Part shown: piece after piece, positions 45,701 to 53,683 of the stretch
Position numbering within the stretch: position 1 is the stretch's first letter
How the letters are laid out: every line of letters starts with the position of its first letter
Assembly: GCA_035517195.1 (NCBI GenBank)
Contig: DATIZH010000027.1
Span: 3,581 to 67,580 of the forward strand
DNA length: 64,000 bases
Direction of reading: 5' to 3'
DNA from: Nitrospiria bacterium
GTDB lineage: Bacteria; Nitrospirota; Nitrospiria; JACQCE01
Position numbers and translations under genes: made by a program
Notes under the pieces: generated by a model
Databases searched by the model: none
Told to the model about the DNA's origin: nothing
What the model saw: the letters and a program-made list of their open reading frames with translations, nothing else

Positions 45701-45826
45701 ATTTTCTCTGTTATTGTCTTGGGATATACAGCCGGTTGCGGGAGGAAGGGGGAACCCCTGCCTCCTGAAAAGCAGCCGAAATCGCTGAGTCAGGCAACGG
45801 CAACGCGCCCGGCCTTCAATTCATAA
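45668..45826 (+). CDS. Small YifL/LppL-like lipoprotein (52 aa, TTG start)
   Basis: (M)TCSTLLLTLLIFSVIVLGYTAGCGRKGEPLPPEKQPKSLSQATATRPAFNS. Signal peptide, lipobox and CG(R)KG(E)PL(P)P resemble E. coli YifL (LTGCGLKGPLYFPP), a gene that classically sits next to dapF/lysA. It is only the 3' part of track ORF 45413..45826. Confidence 0.5.
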   Translation: MTCSTLLLTLLIFSVIVLGYTAGCGRKGEPLPPEKQPKSLSQATATRPAFNS

Positions 45827-45861
45827 CCAGACACGAACGGTTATTCTCATCAGGAGCACTT

Positions 45862-47838
45862 ATGACATCACTGCCATTGCCGCTTGATCTTGGAGCACGT
45901 CCCGACACGCACGGCTGGGCCCGATCAGGCGGCGCGCGCGGCCGCTACCGTCTGTTGCTGATCGATCCCTATCCGGAAGACAACCCCTACCGGATGAACG
46001 ACACGGAGATGCAGGCGATCTGGTTTCCGAAGCTTTCCCTGCCCGTCATCGCCGGCCTGACCCCCAAACACTGGGACGTCCAGATCATTGATGAGAGCCG
46101 CACCATCGTCCGGCCCGAGGTGATTGACCACATGATCCGGGAGACGGGTGTTGACCGGCTCTTCGTGGGGATTTCGACCCAGATGACCTGCTACACGCCG
46201 CGGGGCTATGAGATTGCCGACCAGTTCCGCGCGCGCGGCGTCAAGGTCTGCCTGGGCGGCACCCACGCCACCTATTTCCCTGACGAGGCTGCGGCGCACG
46301 CCGACGCGGTGGTCCTCTTCGAGGCGGACGACCTCTGGCCTCAGGTCCTGCGCGATTTCGAACAGGGCACCCTGCAGCCGCGGTATGCGATGACCAGTTA
46401 TCCCACCATGGAGCATTATCCTCACCCCCGCATCGACCTGCTGCCGCAGGGGTGTTACATGACCAACCAGTGCATCCAAACGACCCGCGGGTGCCATTTC
46501 GACTGCGAGTTCTGCAGCGTCTCGCCCTTCAACGGCAAGAGCTCCAGGCGGCGGCCGGTCGACGAGGTGATCGCCGAGATCCAGCGGATCAAGGAATGGC
46601 GCCGGAACCAGCTGGTCGATCAGATGACGTCCGGCCCAGTCTGGCACCGGATCGGCACCACGCTGCGCGTGCTCGTCGGCCTGGAGGACAGCCTGATTTT
46701 CGCGTTCGTCGATGACCTGCACAACTCCAACCGCGCCTACTGCAAGAAGCTCTGGACCGCGCTCAAGGAGCTGAAGATCAAATGGGGCGCCCAGTGCACG
46801 CTCTTTCTGGGCAACGAACCGGAGATGGTCAAGCTGGCGGCCGACAGCGGCTGCGTGGCGATGTTCGTCGGTATGGAGTCGATCAGCGGCGACGCCCTGG
46901 CCGAGATGAACAAGCCGTTCAACAAGGAGTACAACTACGCCGACCAGATCAAATGCTTCCACGACCACGGCATCATGATCAATCCGGGCGTGATCTTCGG
47001 CTCCGACGCCGACGATGAATCCGTCTTTGAAACGACGGTGGACTTCCTGATCAAGGCCCGCGTGGAACTGGCCTACATGAACATCCTGACGCCGCTCCCG
47101 GGCACGGTGCTGTTCGACCGGATGCGGGCGGAACAGCGCATTCTCGACTGGAACTGGGCCAATTATGACGGCAAGCACGTCGTGTACCAGCCCAAACGGA
47201 TGACGCCCGAGACGCTGCAGGAGGGCTTCTTCTGGGCCAACCAGCAGTTCTATTCCTATCCGTCGATCTTCACGCGCCTCTTCGGCACCCAGCAGCGGCT
47301 GATCGCCAGGTTCGAGATGAACCGTCGCTTCCGGCAACTGGTCTACCGGACCACGCCCAAGGCCGCGTTGACGCCGGTGGCGCGCGCGCTCAAGGCGCTG
47401 CAGACGCAGTTCCCGGCCGCGGCGCACAACCTGCAGGAGGAGTTGATCCCCAATGCCCTCACCGCCCTCCGCACGACGGTGGACAACGTCTCCGAGCAGA
47501 TCGACCGGATCGTCAAGATCAAGGCCCGCCGCGCCGAAAGCCTGAAGTCGCTGTTGATCGACCTGGAGGGCACGCTCGACCAGATCAACGCCAAGTCGGT
47601 GATCGAGAAATTGCGCGAGGTCGCGGCGCAGACGCGGCTGGACCTTGTGATCAATTGCCGGCAGTTGCGGCACGCCACGCCGTCGGCGATCTCCATGCTG
47701 CTCGATCGCGCCTGGATCTCCCAGCTGGCGCCGGGCGTCAAAATCCGTTACATCAATCTCAAGCAGGCTTACCACGACGCGCTCGAACGGCTGGCGCTGT
47801 CCGGCAGCGAGCTGTTGTCCGAAGAAACAACTGCGTAA
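45862..47838 (+). CDS. B12-binding-domain radical SAM protein with a C-terminal STAS-like domain
   Basis: N-terminal B12-like domain (LLLIDPYPED...GISTQMTCY...VCLGGTHATY). Radical SAM cluster motif TTRGCHFDCEFCSV. DUF4070-like region (ILTPLPGTVLFDRM...NWANYDGKHVVYQP). The last 110 aa or so (LLIDLEGTLDQINAKSVIEKLREVAAQTRLDLVINCRQLRHATPSAISMLLDRAW...KIRYINLKQAYHDALERLALSG) follow the SpoIIAA/STAS pattern. Confidence 0.85.
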   Translation: MTSLPLPLDLGARPDTHGWARSGGARGRYRLLLIDPYPEDNPYRMNDTEMQAIWFPKLSLPVIAGLTPKHWDVQIIDESRTIVRPEVIDHMIRETGVDRLFVGISTQMTCYTPRGYEIADQFRARGVKVCLGGTHATYFPDEAAAHADAVVLFEADDLWPQVLRDFEQGTLQPRYAMTSYPTMEHYPHPRIDLLPQGCYMTNQCIQTTRGCHFDCEFCSVSPFNGKSSRRRPVDEVIAEIQRIKEWRRNQLVDQMTSGPVWHRIGTTLRVLVGLEDSLIFAFVDDLHNSNRAYCKKLWTALKELKIKWGAQCTLFLGNEPEMVKLAADSGCVAMFVGMESISGDALAEMNKPFNKEYNYADQIKCFHDHGIMINPGVIFGSDADDESVFETTVDFLIKARVELAYMNILTPLPGTVLFDRMRAEQRILDWNWANYDGKHVVYQPKRMTPETLQEGFFWANQQFYSYPSIFTRLFGTQQRLIARFEMNRRFRQLVYRTTPKAALTPVARALKALQTQFPAAAHNLQEELIPNALTALRTTVDNVSEQIDRIVKIKARRAESLKSLLIDLEGTLDQINAKSVIEKLREVAAQTRLDLVINCRQLRHATPSAISMLLDRAWISQLAPGVKIRYINLKQAYHDALERLALSGSELLSEETTA

Positions 47839-47935
47839 CTGGGAGTTGGGTCACTGGGGAACTGAGGAATAACACTCCACCATGCTTTTTGCAACCTAGT
47901 TCCCTCATCCCCTAGCCTCACCGTTATCCGTTGTT
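47839..47935. repeat. G-arm and C-arm module in the radical SAM-lysA spacer
   Basis: CTGGGAGTTGGGTCACTGGGGAACTGAGG ... CCTAGTTCCCTCATCCCCTAGCCTCACCG. The arms are partly complementary. Confidence 0.65.
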
Positions 47936-47940
47936 CCCCC

Positions 47941-49209
47941 ATGCACGCCTTTCACTACCGCCGACGGACGCTCTGGTGCGAGGAGGTGCCGCTGTCCCGC
48001 ATCGCGCGGACCGTCGGCACGCCCTGCTACGTGTACAGCGAGCGGACGCTCCGGCGCCATTTCCGGGCGTTTGACGACGCCTTCGCGGGGCTGGCCCACA
48101 TCACCGCCTTCGCCGTCAAGGCCAACCCCAACCTGGCCATTCTGCGGCTCTTCGCCCGGGAAGGGGGAGGCGCGGATGTCGTCTCCGGCGGCGAGCTCTA
48201 CCGCGCACTGGCGGCCGGCGTCGATCCGGCCCGGATCGTCTTCGCGGGCGTCGGCAAGCAGACGAAGGAGATCCACGACGCGCTGCAAGCCCGGATACTG
48301 ATGTTCAACGTCGAGTCTCACCAGGAGCTGGCGCTGATCGAGAAGGTCTCCCGTCACGGCGGACAGCGCGCCCGGGTGGCGCTCCGGGTCAACCCCGACA
48401 TCAATCCGCAGACCCACCCCTACATTTCCACCGGCCTGAAGAAAAGCAAATTCGGCGTGGATATCCGGCAGGCGCTGGAGCTCTACCGGTCGGCGAGCCG
48501 GCTGCGTCACATCGATGTGATCGGGCTCCATTCCCACATCGGCTCGCAAATCACGCAGCTGGGGCCGTTTCTGGACGCCGTGAAAAAAATCCTGCGGTTG
48601 ATCGACCGGCTGCGCGAGGAATGGATCAACATTCGCTACCTCGATCTGGGCGGCGGGCTGGGGATCACGTACAAGTCGGAAACGCCCCCCCATCCGCGCG
48701 CGCTCGCCAGGGCGCTGACGCCGCTTCTGAAGCCGTGGCTGGCCTCGGGCGGCACGCTGATCTTCGAGCCGGGGCGTGTGATTGTCGGCAACGCCGGCCT
48801 GCTGCTGACCGAGGTGCTGTACGTCAAATCAGGTCATCCCCACCCGTTCGTCGTTGTCGACGCCGGGATGAACGATCTGATCCGGCCGAGCCTGTACGAC
48901 GCCTATCACCAGATTCTGCCCGTGGCGCGCCGCCGGGCCCGCGCGCAGACAGTCGACGTAGTCGGACCGATCTGCGAGTCGGGCGATTTTCTGGCCAAGG
49001 GGCGCCGCCTGCCCCAGAGCCGGCCGGGCGAGCTGCTGGCGGTGATGAGCGCCGGGGCCTACGGCTTCGCGATGGCGTCCAACTACAACGCACGCCCCCG
49101 GGCGGCCGAAGTGCTGGTGCAGGGGGGCAGCTTCACGGTGATCCGCCGGCGGGAGCGGTACGGTGATCTGATCCGCGGGGAGTTCATTCCGCCGTCGTTG
49201 AGAAAATAG
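47941..49209 (+). CDS. lysA: Diaminopimelate decarboxylase
   Basis: PLP-Lys block FAVKANPNLAILRL, plus GGGLGI and the GPICESGD motif. 422 aa. Confidence 0.95.
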   Translation: MHAFHYRRRTLWCEEVPLSRIARTVGTPCYVYSERTLRRHFRAFDDAFAGLAHITAFAVKANPNLAILRLFAREGGGADVVSGGELYRALAAGVDPARIVFAGVGKQTKEIHDALQARILMFNVESHQELALIEKVSRHGGQRARVALRVNPDINPQTHPYISTGLKKSKFGVDIRQALELYRSASRLRHIDVIGLHSHIGSQITQLGPFLDAVKKILRLIDRLREEWINIRYLDLGGGLGITYKSETPPHPRALARALTPLLKPWLASGGTLIFEPGRVIVGNAGLLLTEVLYVKSGHPHPFVVVDAGMNDLIRPSLYDAYHQILPVARRRARAQTVDVVGPICESGDFLAKGRRLPQSRPGELLAVMSAGAYGFAMASNYNARPRAAEVLVQGGSFTVIRRRERYGDLIRGEFIPPSLRK

Positions 49210-49332
49210 GGTCAAGGATCAAGTAGCAAGGGTCAAGGAAATCAGATAATTTCAGATTGGCCGTCCCGTTCCCCCTGGCCTGCTTCTTTCCCTTTTTCTC
49301 TTCGCCTCCCTGACCCTTGCCCCTTGACCCTG
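49209..49332. repeat. G-arm and C-arm module in the lysA-dapF spacer
   Basis: GGGTCAAGGATCAAGTAGCAAGGGTCAAGG directly after the TAG stop. Then ...CCCCCTGGCCTGCTTCTTTCCCTTTTTCTCTTCGCCTCCCTGACCCTTGCCCCTTGACCC before the dapF start. Confidence 0.8.
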
Positions 49333-49354
49333 TCGTCTGCTACGATGGTTTCCC

Positions 49355-50185
49355 ATGAAAATTCCCTTCACCAAGCTCTCCGGCAGCGGGAACGATTTCA
49401 TTGTGATCGATCATCGGACTCCCTTTCTGCCTGAGGCCACGCTCTCCCGGTGGGTCGCCAAGATCTGCGCGCACCGGCTCTCCGTCGGAGCGGACGGCGT
49501 CATCCTGATCGAACCCGCCTCAGGCGGGAAGGCCGATTTCAGGTGGAGGCTGTTCAACGCCGACGGCAGTCCGGCCGAGATGAGCGGAAACGGCGGCCGG
49601 TGCGCCGCCCGCTTCGCCCATCTGAAAGGGATCGCCAAGACCGCCATGGTCTTCGAGACGCCGGCGGGGCTGATTGAGGCCGAGGTCGTGAACGACCGGG
49701 TGAAGATCCGGTTCACCGATCCGACCGATTTCCGCTGGCGTTTAGACGTCACAATCGATGGCACTCGACGCGAGGGCCACTTCGTCAACACCGGCGTCCC
49801 TCACCTGGTCTATCTGGTGGACGACGTCGACGCCGTCGATCTCATTCCGCTGGGCCGTGCGAGCCGGTTCCATCCGCTCTTTCACCCGGCCGGCACCAAT
49901 GTCAATGTCATCCAGCGGCTTGATCCCCATCGCCTGAAGATCCGCACCTACGAGCGCGGCGTCGAGGATGAAACACTCGCCTGCGGCACCGGGTCGGTCG
50001 CCTCGGCGCTGGTGGCCGCGACCGTGGCCGGCGCCGAAAGCCCCGTCACGCTCCTGCCCAAGGGGGGGCAACCGCTCACGGTGACCTTTGCCAAGGAGGG
50101 TCAGCGCTTCCGTGACATCTTTCTGGCCGGCGATGCGAGAGTCGTGTATGACGGGGAAATGGGTCCGGAGGCCTGGGAGTATTAG
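49355..50185 (+). CDS. dapF: Diaminopimelate epimerase
   Basis: Motifs GSGNDF, MSGNGGRC and LACGTGS (the two catalytic Cys). Confidence 0.95.
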   Translation: MKIPFTKLSGSGNDFIVIDHRTPFLPEATLSRWVAKICAHRLSVGADGVILIEPASGGKADFRWRLFNADGSPAEMSGNGGRCAARFAHLKGIAKTAMVFETPAGLIEAEVVNDRVKIRFTDPTDFRWRLDVTIDGTRREGHFVNTGVPHLVYLVDDVDAVDLIPLGRASRFHPLFHPAGTNVNVIQRLDPHRLKIRTYERGVEDETLACGTGSVASALVAATVAGAESPVTLLPKGGQPLTVTFAKEGQRFRDIFLAGDARVVYDGEMGPEAWEY

Positions 50186-50188
50186 GGA

Positions 50189-50305
50189 GAGGACGGATTA
50201 GAAAGGAAAGGGCGGATGAGATCAAGCGGATTAAGGGGTAAAGGATCGGAGCATTCTGATTCGCTTAATCCGCATTTTCCCCAATAGCCCCTAATCCTTA
50301 ATCCG
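50189..50305. repeat. G-arm and C-arm module in the dapF-dapA spacer
   Basis: GAGAGGACGGATTAGAAAGGAAAGGGCGGATGAGATCAAGCGGATTAAGGGGTAAAGG ... CGCTTAATCCGCATTTTCCCCAATAGCCCCTAATCCTTAATCC. Contains a 10-bp perfect pairing, GCGGATTAAG (50226-50235) with CTTAATCCGC (50264-50273). Confidence 0.8.
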
Positions 50306-50314
50306 GAGGAGATC

Positions 50315-51187
50315 ATGTTTAAAGGATCACTGGTGGCAATTATTACGCCGTTCCGAAACGGCCGGCTCGATGAAGAGGCGCTGGGACGCCTGATCGAATG
50401 GCAGATCGCGGAAGGCACGCACGGGATCGTGCCGTGCGGCACGACGGGCGAATCGGCCACGCTCAGCCATGACGAGCACCGGCGCGTGATCGAATTCACG
50501 GTCTCGGCGGTCAACCAACGGGTGCCCGTCGTCGCCGGCACCGGTTCGAACAGCACGGAGGAGGCGATCGCGCTCACCCGTCACGCCAGACAGGCGGGCG
50601 CCGACGGCGCGCTGCTCATTACCCCCTACTACAATAAACCGACGCAGGAGGGACTGTACCGGCACTATCGGGCCATCGCCGAATCGGTCGATCTGCCCCT
50701 CATGCTCTACAACATCCCCGGCCGCACCTCGGTGAACATGCTCCCCGCGACGGTCGCCCGGCTGACCCACCTGCCGACGATCGTGTCGATCAAGGAGGGC
50801 TCCGGCTCGATCCAGCAGATGGACGACGTGCTGCAACTGTGCGGCGACCGGCTGACGGTGCTCTCCGGCGACGATGCCATGACGCTGCCGCTGATGGCTT
50901 TGGGCGGCCACGGCGCCGTCTCGGTCGTGGCCAATGTCGCCCCGCGGGAAAGCGCGACACTCGTGACCGCGGCCTCGAAGGGCGATTTCGCGCAGGCCCG
51001 TATGCTCCACCGGCGCCTGGTGCCGCTGGTCAACGCGCTCTTCCTCGAAACCAACCCGATCCCCGTCAAGACCGCCCTGGCCCTGATGGGCCGATGCGGC
51101 GATGAGATGCGGCTGCCGCTGTGCGGCATGCAGGGGGAGACGAAAGAAAAACTCGCGGCCGCGTTGAAGAAGCATGGACTGATATGA
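50315..51187 (+). CDS. dapA: 4-hydroxy-tetrahydrodipicolinate synthase
   Basis: Motifs GTTGES, YNIPGRT and IKEGSG (Schiff-base Lys). GGAGGAG lies 4 nt upstream of the ATG. Confidence 0.95.
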   Translation: MFKGSLVAIITPFRNGRLDEEALGRLIEWQIAEGTHGIVPCGTTGESATLSHDEHRRVIEFTVSAVNQRVPVVAGTGSNSTEEAIALTRHARQAGADGALLITPYYNKPTQEGLYRHYRAIAESVDLPLMLYNIPGRTSVNMLPATVARLTHLPTIVSIKEGSGSIQQMDDVLQLCGDRLTVLSGDDAMTLPLMALGGHGAVSVVANVAPRESATLVTAASKGDFAQARMLHRRLVPLVNALFLETNPIPVKTALALMGRCGDEMRLPLCGMQGETKEKLAAALKKHGLI

Positions 51188-51193
51188 ACGACA

Positions 51194-51316
51194 GGGTCAA
51201 GGGGCAAGGGGCAGGGGGCAAGGGGAAAATAGAGCAGGTCCCTGTTCCCTACTTTCTGCATCTTGGTCCTTCTGTTCTTGCCTTCCTTGACCCTTGCTGC
51301 ATAACCCTTGACCCTT
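51194..51316. repeat. G-arm and C-arm module in the dapA-dapB spacer
   Basis: GGGTCAAGGGGCAAGGGGCAGGGGGCAAGGGG (51194-51225) has five G3+ tracts with loops of 2-4 nt. Then ... CCTTGACCCTTGCTGCATAACCCTTGACCCTT (51284-51316). Confidence 0.85.
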
Positions 51317-51322
51317 AAAAAA

Positions 51323-52162
51323 ATGGCACCGATCCCCGTCATCGTCATGGGCGCGGCCGGCCGGATGGGCTCGCGGATCATCTCGCTGCTCCGCGAGCAG
51401 AAGGAGGTGTCGCTGGCCGCCGCGATCGAATATCAATCACACGCCGCGATCGGCCGCGACGCCGGCGAAGCGGCCGGGGGCGAAACGCTGGGGGTGACGA
51501 TCACGCCCGATCTGCCCCGCGCCCTGAAACACGGCCGGGTCATCATCGACTTCACGGCGCCGGAGGTCACGGCGGAGACGGCCGCGCTGGCCGCCAAAGC
51601 GGGCATCCCGCTGGTGATCGGGACGACCGGTTTGTCCGACGGCCACCTCAAGACGGTTCGGGCCGCGGCGGACAAAGTCGCCGTCCTCCATTCCCCCAAC
51701 ATGAGCATTGGCGTCAATCTGCTGTTTCGGTTGTCCGCGGAGGCGGCAACGGCGCTCGGCCCATCCTATGACATCGAGATTGTCGAAGCGCACCACCGGA
51801 TGAAGAAGGACGCTCCAAGCGGCACCGCGTTGCATCTGGCCCGAGTGCTGGCCGACGCCACCGGCCGGAAGCTGGAGCAGGCCGCCGTCTACACCCGCCA
51901 CGGGAGTGAGGCCGCTCGACAGGCGGGACAAATCGGCATCCAATCGATCCGCGGCGGCGACATCGTCGGCGATCATACCGTCATCTTCGCGGGCTCCGGC
52001 GAGCGCCTGGAACTGACCCATCGGGCATCGAGCCGGGACAATTTCGCGCGCGGCGCGCTGCTGGCCGCCACGTGGATCGTGGATCAGCCGCCGGGATTGT
52101 ATACGATGCAGGATTTATTGGGAAATAAGGGTCAAGGGGCAGGGGGCAGGGGGCAAGGGTAA
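51323..52162 (+). CDS. dapB: 4-hydroxy-tetrahydrodipicolinate reductase
   Basis: MAPIPVIVMGAAGRMG start (the track TTG at 51308 lies inside the repeat arm). Motif EAHHRMKKDAPSGTA. After the normal end ...GLYTMQDLLG there is a 12-aa tail, NKGQGAGGRGQG, encoded by a G-arm. Confidence 0.92.
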   Translation: MAPIPVIVMGAAGRMGSRIISLLREQKEVSLAAAIEYQSHAAIGRDAGEAAGGETLGVTITPDLPRALKHGRVIIDFTAPEVTAETAALAAKAGIPLVIGTTGLSDGHLKTVRAAADKVAVLHSPNMSIGVNLLFRLSAEAATALGPSYDIEIVEAHHRMKKDAPSGTALHLARVLADATGRKLEQAAVYTRHGSEAARQAGQIGIQSIRGGDIVGDHTVIFAGSGERLELTHRASSRDNFARGALLAATWIVDQPPGLYTMQDLLGNKGQGAGGRGQG

Positions 52163-52164
52163 AG
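52129..52164 (+). repeat. G-arm overlapping the 3' end of dapB
   Basis: GGGTCAAGGGGCAGGGGGCAGGGGGCAAGGGTAAAG. The dapB stop (TAA, 52160-52162) lies inside it. Confidence 0.85.
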
Positions 52165-52215
52165 AGATAAAAGTGAACGGGAATGGGATTCTCAACGGAT
52201 GATCCATTCGCGTAG

Positions 52216-52384
52216 CTGGGGGTGGTCAGGGGGAGTTGAGCAGACCCCATCTGACTTCAACACAAAGCGCCTTGCACTCCCCTGCCAGGCAGGCCGAGCG
52301 CCGGGTTGAGGCGCGAGCCGTTCGGACAATACGTGTGGCGATGGGGGTGGTCAGGGGAGTTGAGCAGACTCCCAACTTCAATGA
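52216..52384 (+). repeat. Two direct repeats of about 45 bp upstream of dapL
   Basis: CTGGGGGTGGTCAGGGGGAGTTGAGCAGACCCCATCTGACTTCAACAC (52216-52262) and GATGGGGGTGGTCAGGGGAGTTGAGCAGACTCCCAACTTCAATGAC (52340-52384). Each carries a small hairpin (GGGAGT-TGAGCAG-ACTCCC in copy 2). Confidence 0.8.
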
Positions 52385-52428
52385 CTGCAGAGCACGAGCG
52401 GACTGATGAAGGGGCGAGGGGAGTCAGA

Positions 52429-53643
52429 GTGAAAAAGAGAACACTGACAGGACAGAAACCGGAATCGAGAAACAAGAGGCAAGAGAGATTCAAACCGGCA
52501 GCGCGCATTCTCACCTTGCCGCCCTATCTGTTCGCCGCGATCGACCGGATGAAGCAGGAGGCGATCCGCAAGGGCATCGACATCATCAACCTCGGCATCG
52601 GCGACCCCGATCTGCCGACGCCGGCGCACATCATCGAGCGGCTTCAACAAGCCGCAACCGATCCCCGCCATCATCAATACCCGTCGTATGAAGGGATGCT
52701 CCGCTTCCGAGAAGCGGTGGCCCGCTGGTACAAGGCGCGCTTCAATGTCACGCTCGATCCGGCGACGGAGGTGTTGACGCTGATCGGCTCCAAGGAGGGC
52801 ATCGGCCACCTGCCCCTCGGCGTGCTCAACCCCGGCGACGTGGCGTTGGTGCCGAGCCCCGGCTACCCCGTCTATCAGGTGGCGACGCAGTTTGCCGGGG
52901 GACGGGCGCACCTGATGCCGCTGCGCGCGTCCAACCGCTTTCACCCCGATTTCGGCGCGATTCCGCCGGCCATCCTCAAGCGGGCGAAACTCTGTTTTCT
53001 GAACTATCCGAACAACCCGACCGCCGCAACGACGATGCCCCGCTTCTTCGTCGACGCGGTCGCCTTCGCCCGTCGGCACGGTCTGATCATCGCCCACGAC
53101 GCCGCCTACTCGGAAATCTACTATGACGGCCGGCGGCCGCCCAGCTTTCTCGAGGCCGACGGGGCCAAGGAGGTCGGCATTGAGTTTCACTCGCTGTCGA
53201 AGACCTTTAACATGACCGGCTGGCGGATCGGCTTTGCCGTCGGCCATCGCGACGTCATTGCCGCGCTGGGGAAGGTGAAGAGCAACCTTGATTCGGGTGT
53301 CTTCCAGGCGGTGCAGGAGGCGGGCATCGCCGCGCTTGAAAGCCCGGACGCGGTGACCGATGCGATCCGATGGGAATACCAGCGGCGGCGCGACCTGTTC
53401 GTCCCCGGCCTGCAGCAGCTCGGCCTGGAGGCCGAGACGCCAGCGGCCAGCTTTTACGTCTGGATTCGCACGCCCAGGAAGATGAAATCGGCCGCCTTCA
53501 CCGCCCGTCTGCTCCAGCAGGCGGGCATCGTGACGACGCCCGGCAACGGGTTCGGCGAGGCCGGCGAGGGCTACGTCCGGATGACCATGACCGTCCCACC
53601 GGCGCGTCTGGCCGAGGCGCTCGACCGGCTGAAACGGCTGTAG
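52429..53643 (+). CDS. dapL: LL-diaminopimelate aminotransferase (DapL-type class I aminotransferase)
   Basis: Blocks LPPYLFAAIDRMK, INLGIGDPDLPTP, NYPNNPT and HSLSKTFNMTGWRIG (PLP-binding Lys). Start set at GTG 52429, with GGGGAG 5 nt upstream. The track start at 52306 lies in repeat DNA. The gene completes the dapA/B/F and lysA set without dapD/C/E. Confidence 0.82.
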   Translation: MKKRTLTGQKPESRNKRQERFKPAARILTLPPYLFAAIDRMKQEAIRKGIDIINLGIGDPDLPTPAHIIERLQQAATDPRHHQYPSYEGMLRFREAVARWYKARFNVTLDPATEVLTLIGSKEGIGHLPLGVLNPGDVALVPSPGYPVYQVATQFAGGRAHLMPLRASNRFHPDFGAIPPAILKRAKLCFLNYPNNPTAATTMPRFFVDAVAFARRHGLIIAHDAAYSEIYYDGRRPPSFLEADGAKEVGIEFHSLSKTFNMTGWRIGFAVGHRDVIAALGKVKSNLDSGVFQAVQEAGIAALESPDAVTDAIRWEYQRRRDLFVPGLQQLGLEAETPAASFYVWIRTPRKMKSAAFTARLLQQAGIVTTPGNGFGEAGEGYVRMTMTVPPARLAEALDRLKRL

Positions 53644-53683
53644 CGAGGTTCCCACCCCACGTGACAGGCCTCGGGACAACGCC

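Noticed and set aside
45413-45826. 137-aa ORF upstream of the radical SAM gene, considered as a possible RiPP precursor or accessory protein.
   Set aside because: The first 85 codons or so run through the G-arm and hairpin A repeats (MGNGNNEKRMAMGDRW...PHGPPLQ) and look non-coding. Only the 3' 52 codons, the YifL-like lipoprotein, are retained. No Gly-Gly or leader/core pattern is seen.
52290-52460. Possible lysine riboswitch (L-box) upstream of dapL. The leader contains GAGGCGCG, GGGGAG, GAAGGGG and CACTGACAGG, which loosely echo conserved L-box blocks.
   Set aside because: The AGUA and GCCGAAGG-type blocks are missing. I could not draw the five-helix junction by eye. The last block would fall inside the probable coding region, after GTG 52429. 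An Infernal scan (RF00168) is needed before any claim.
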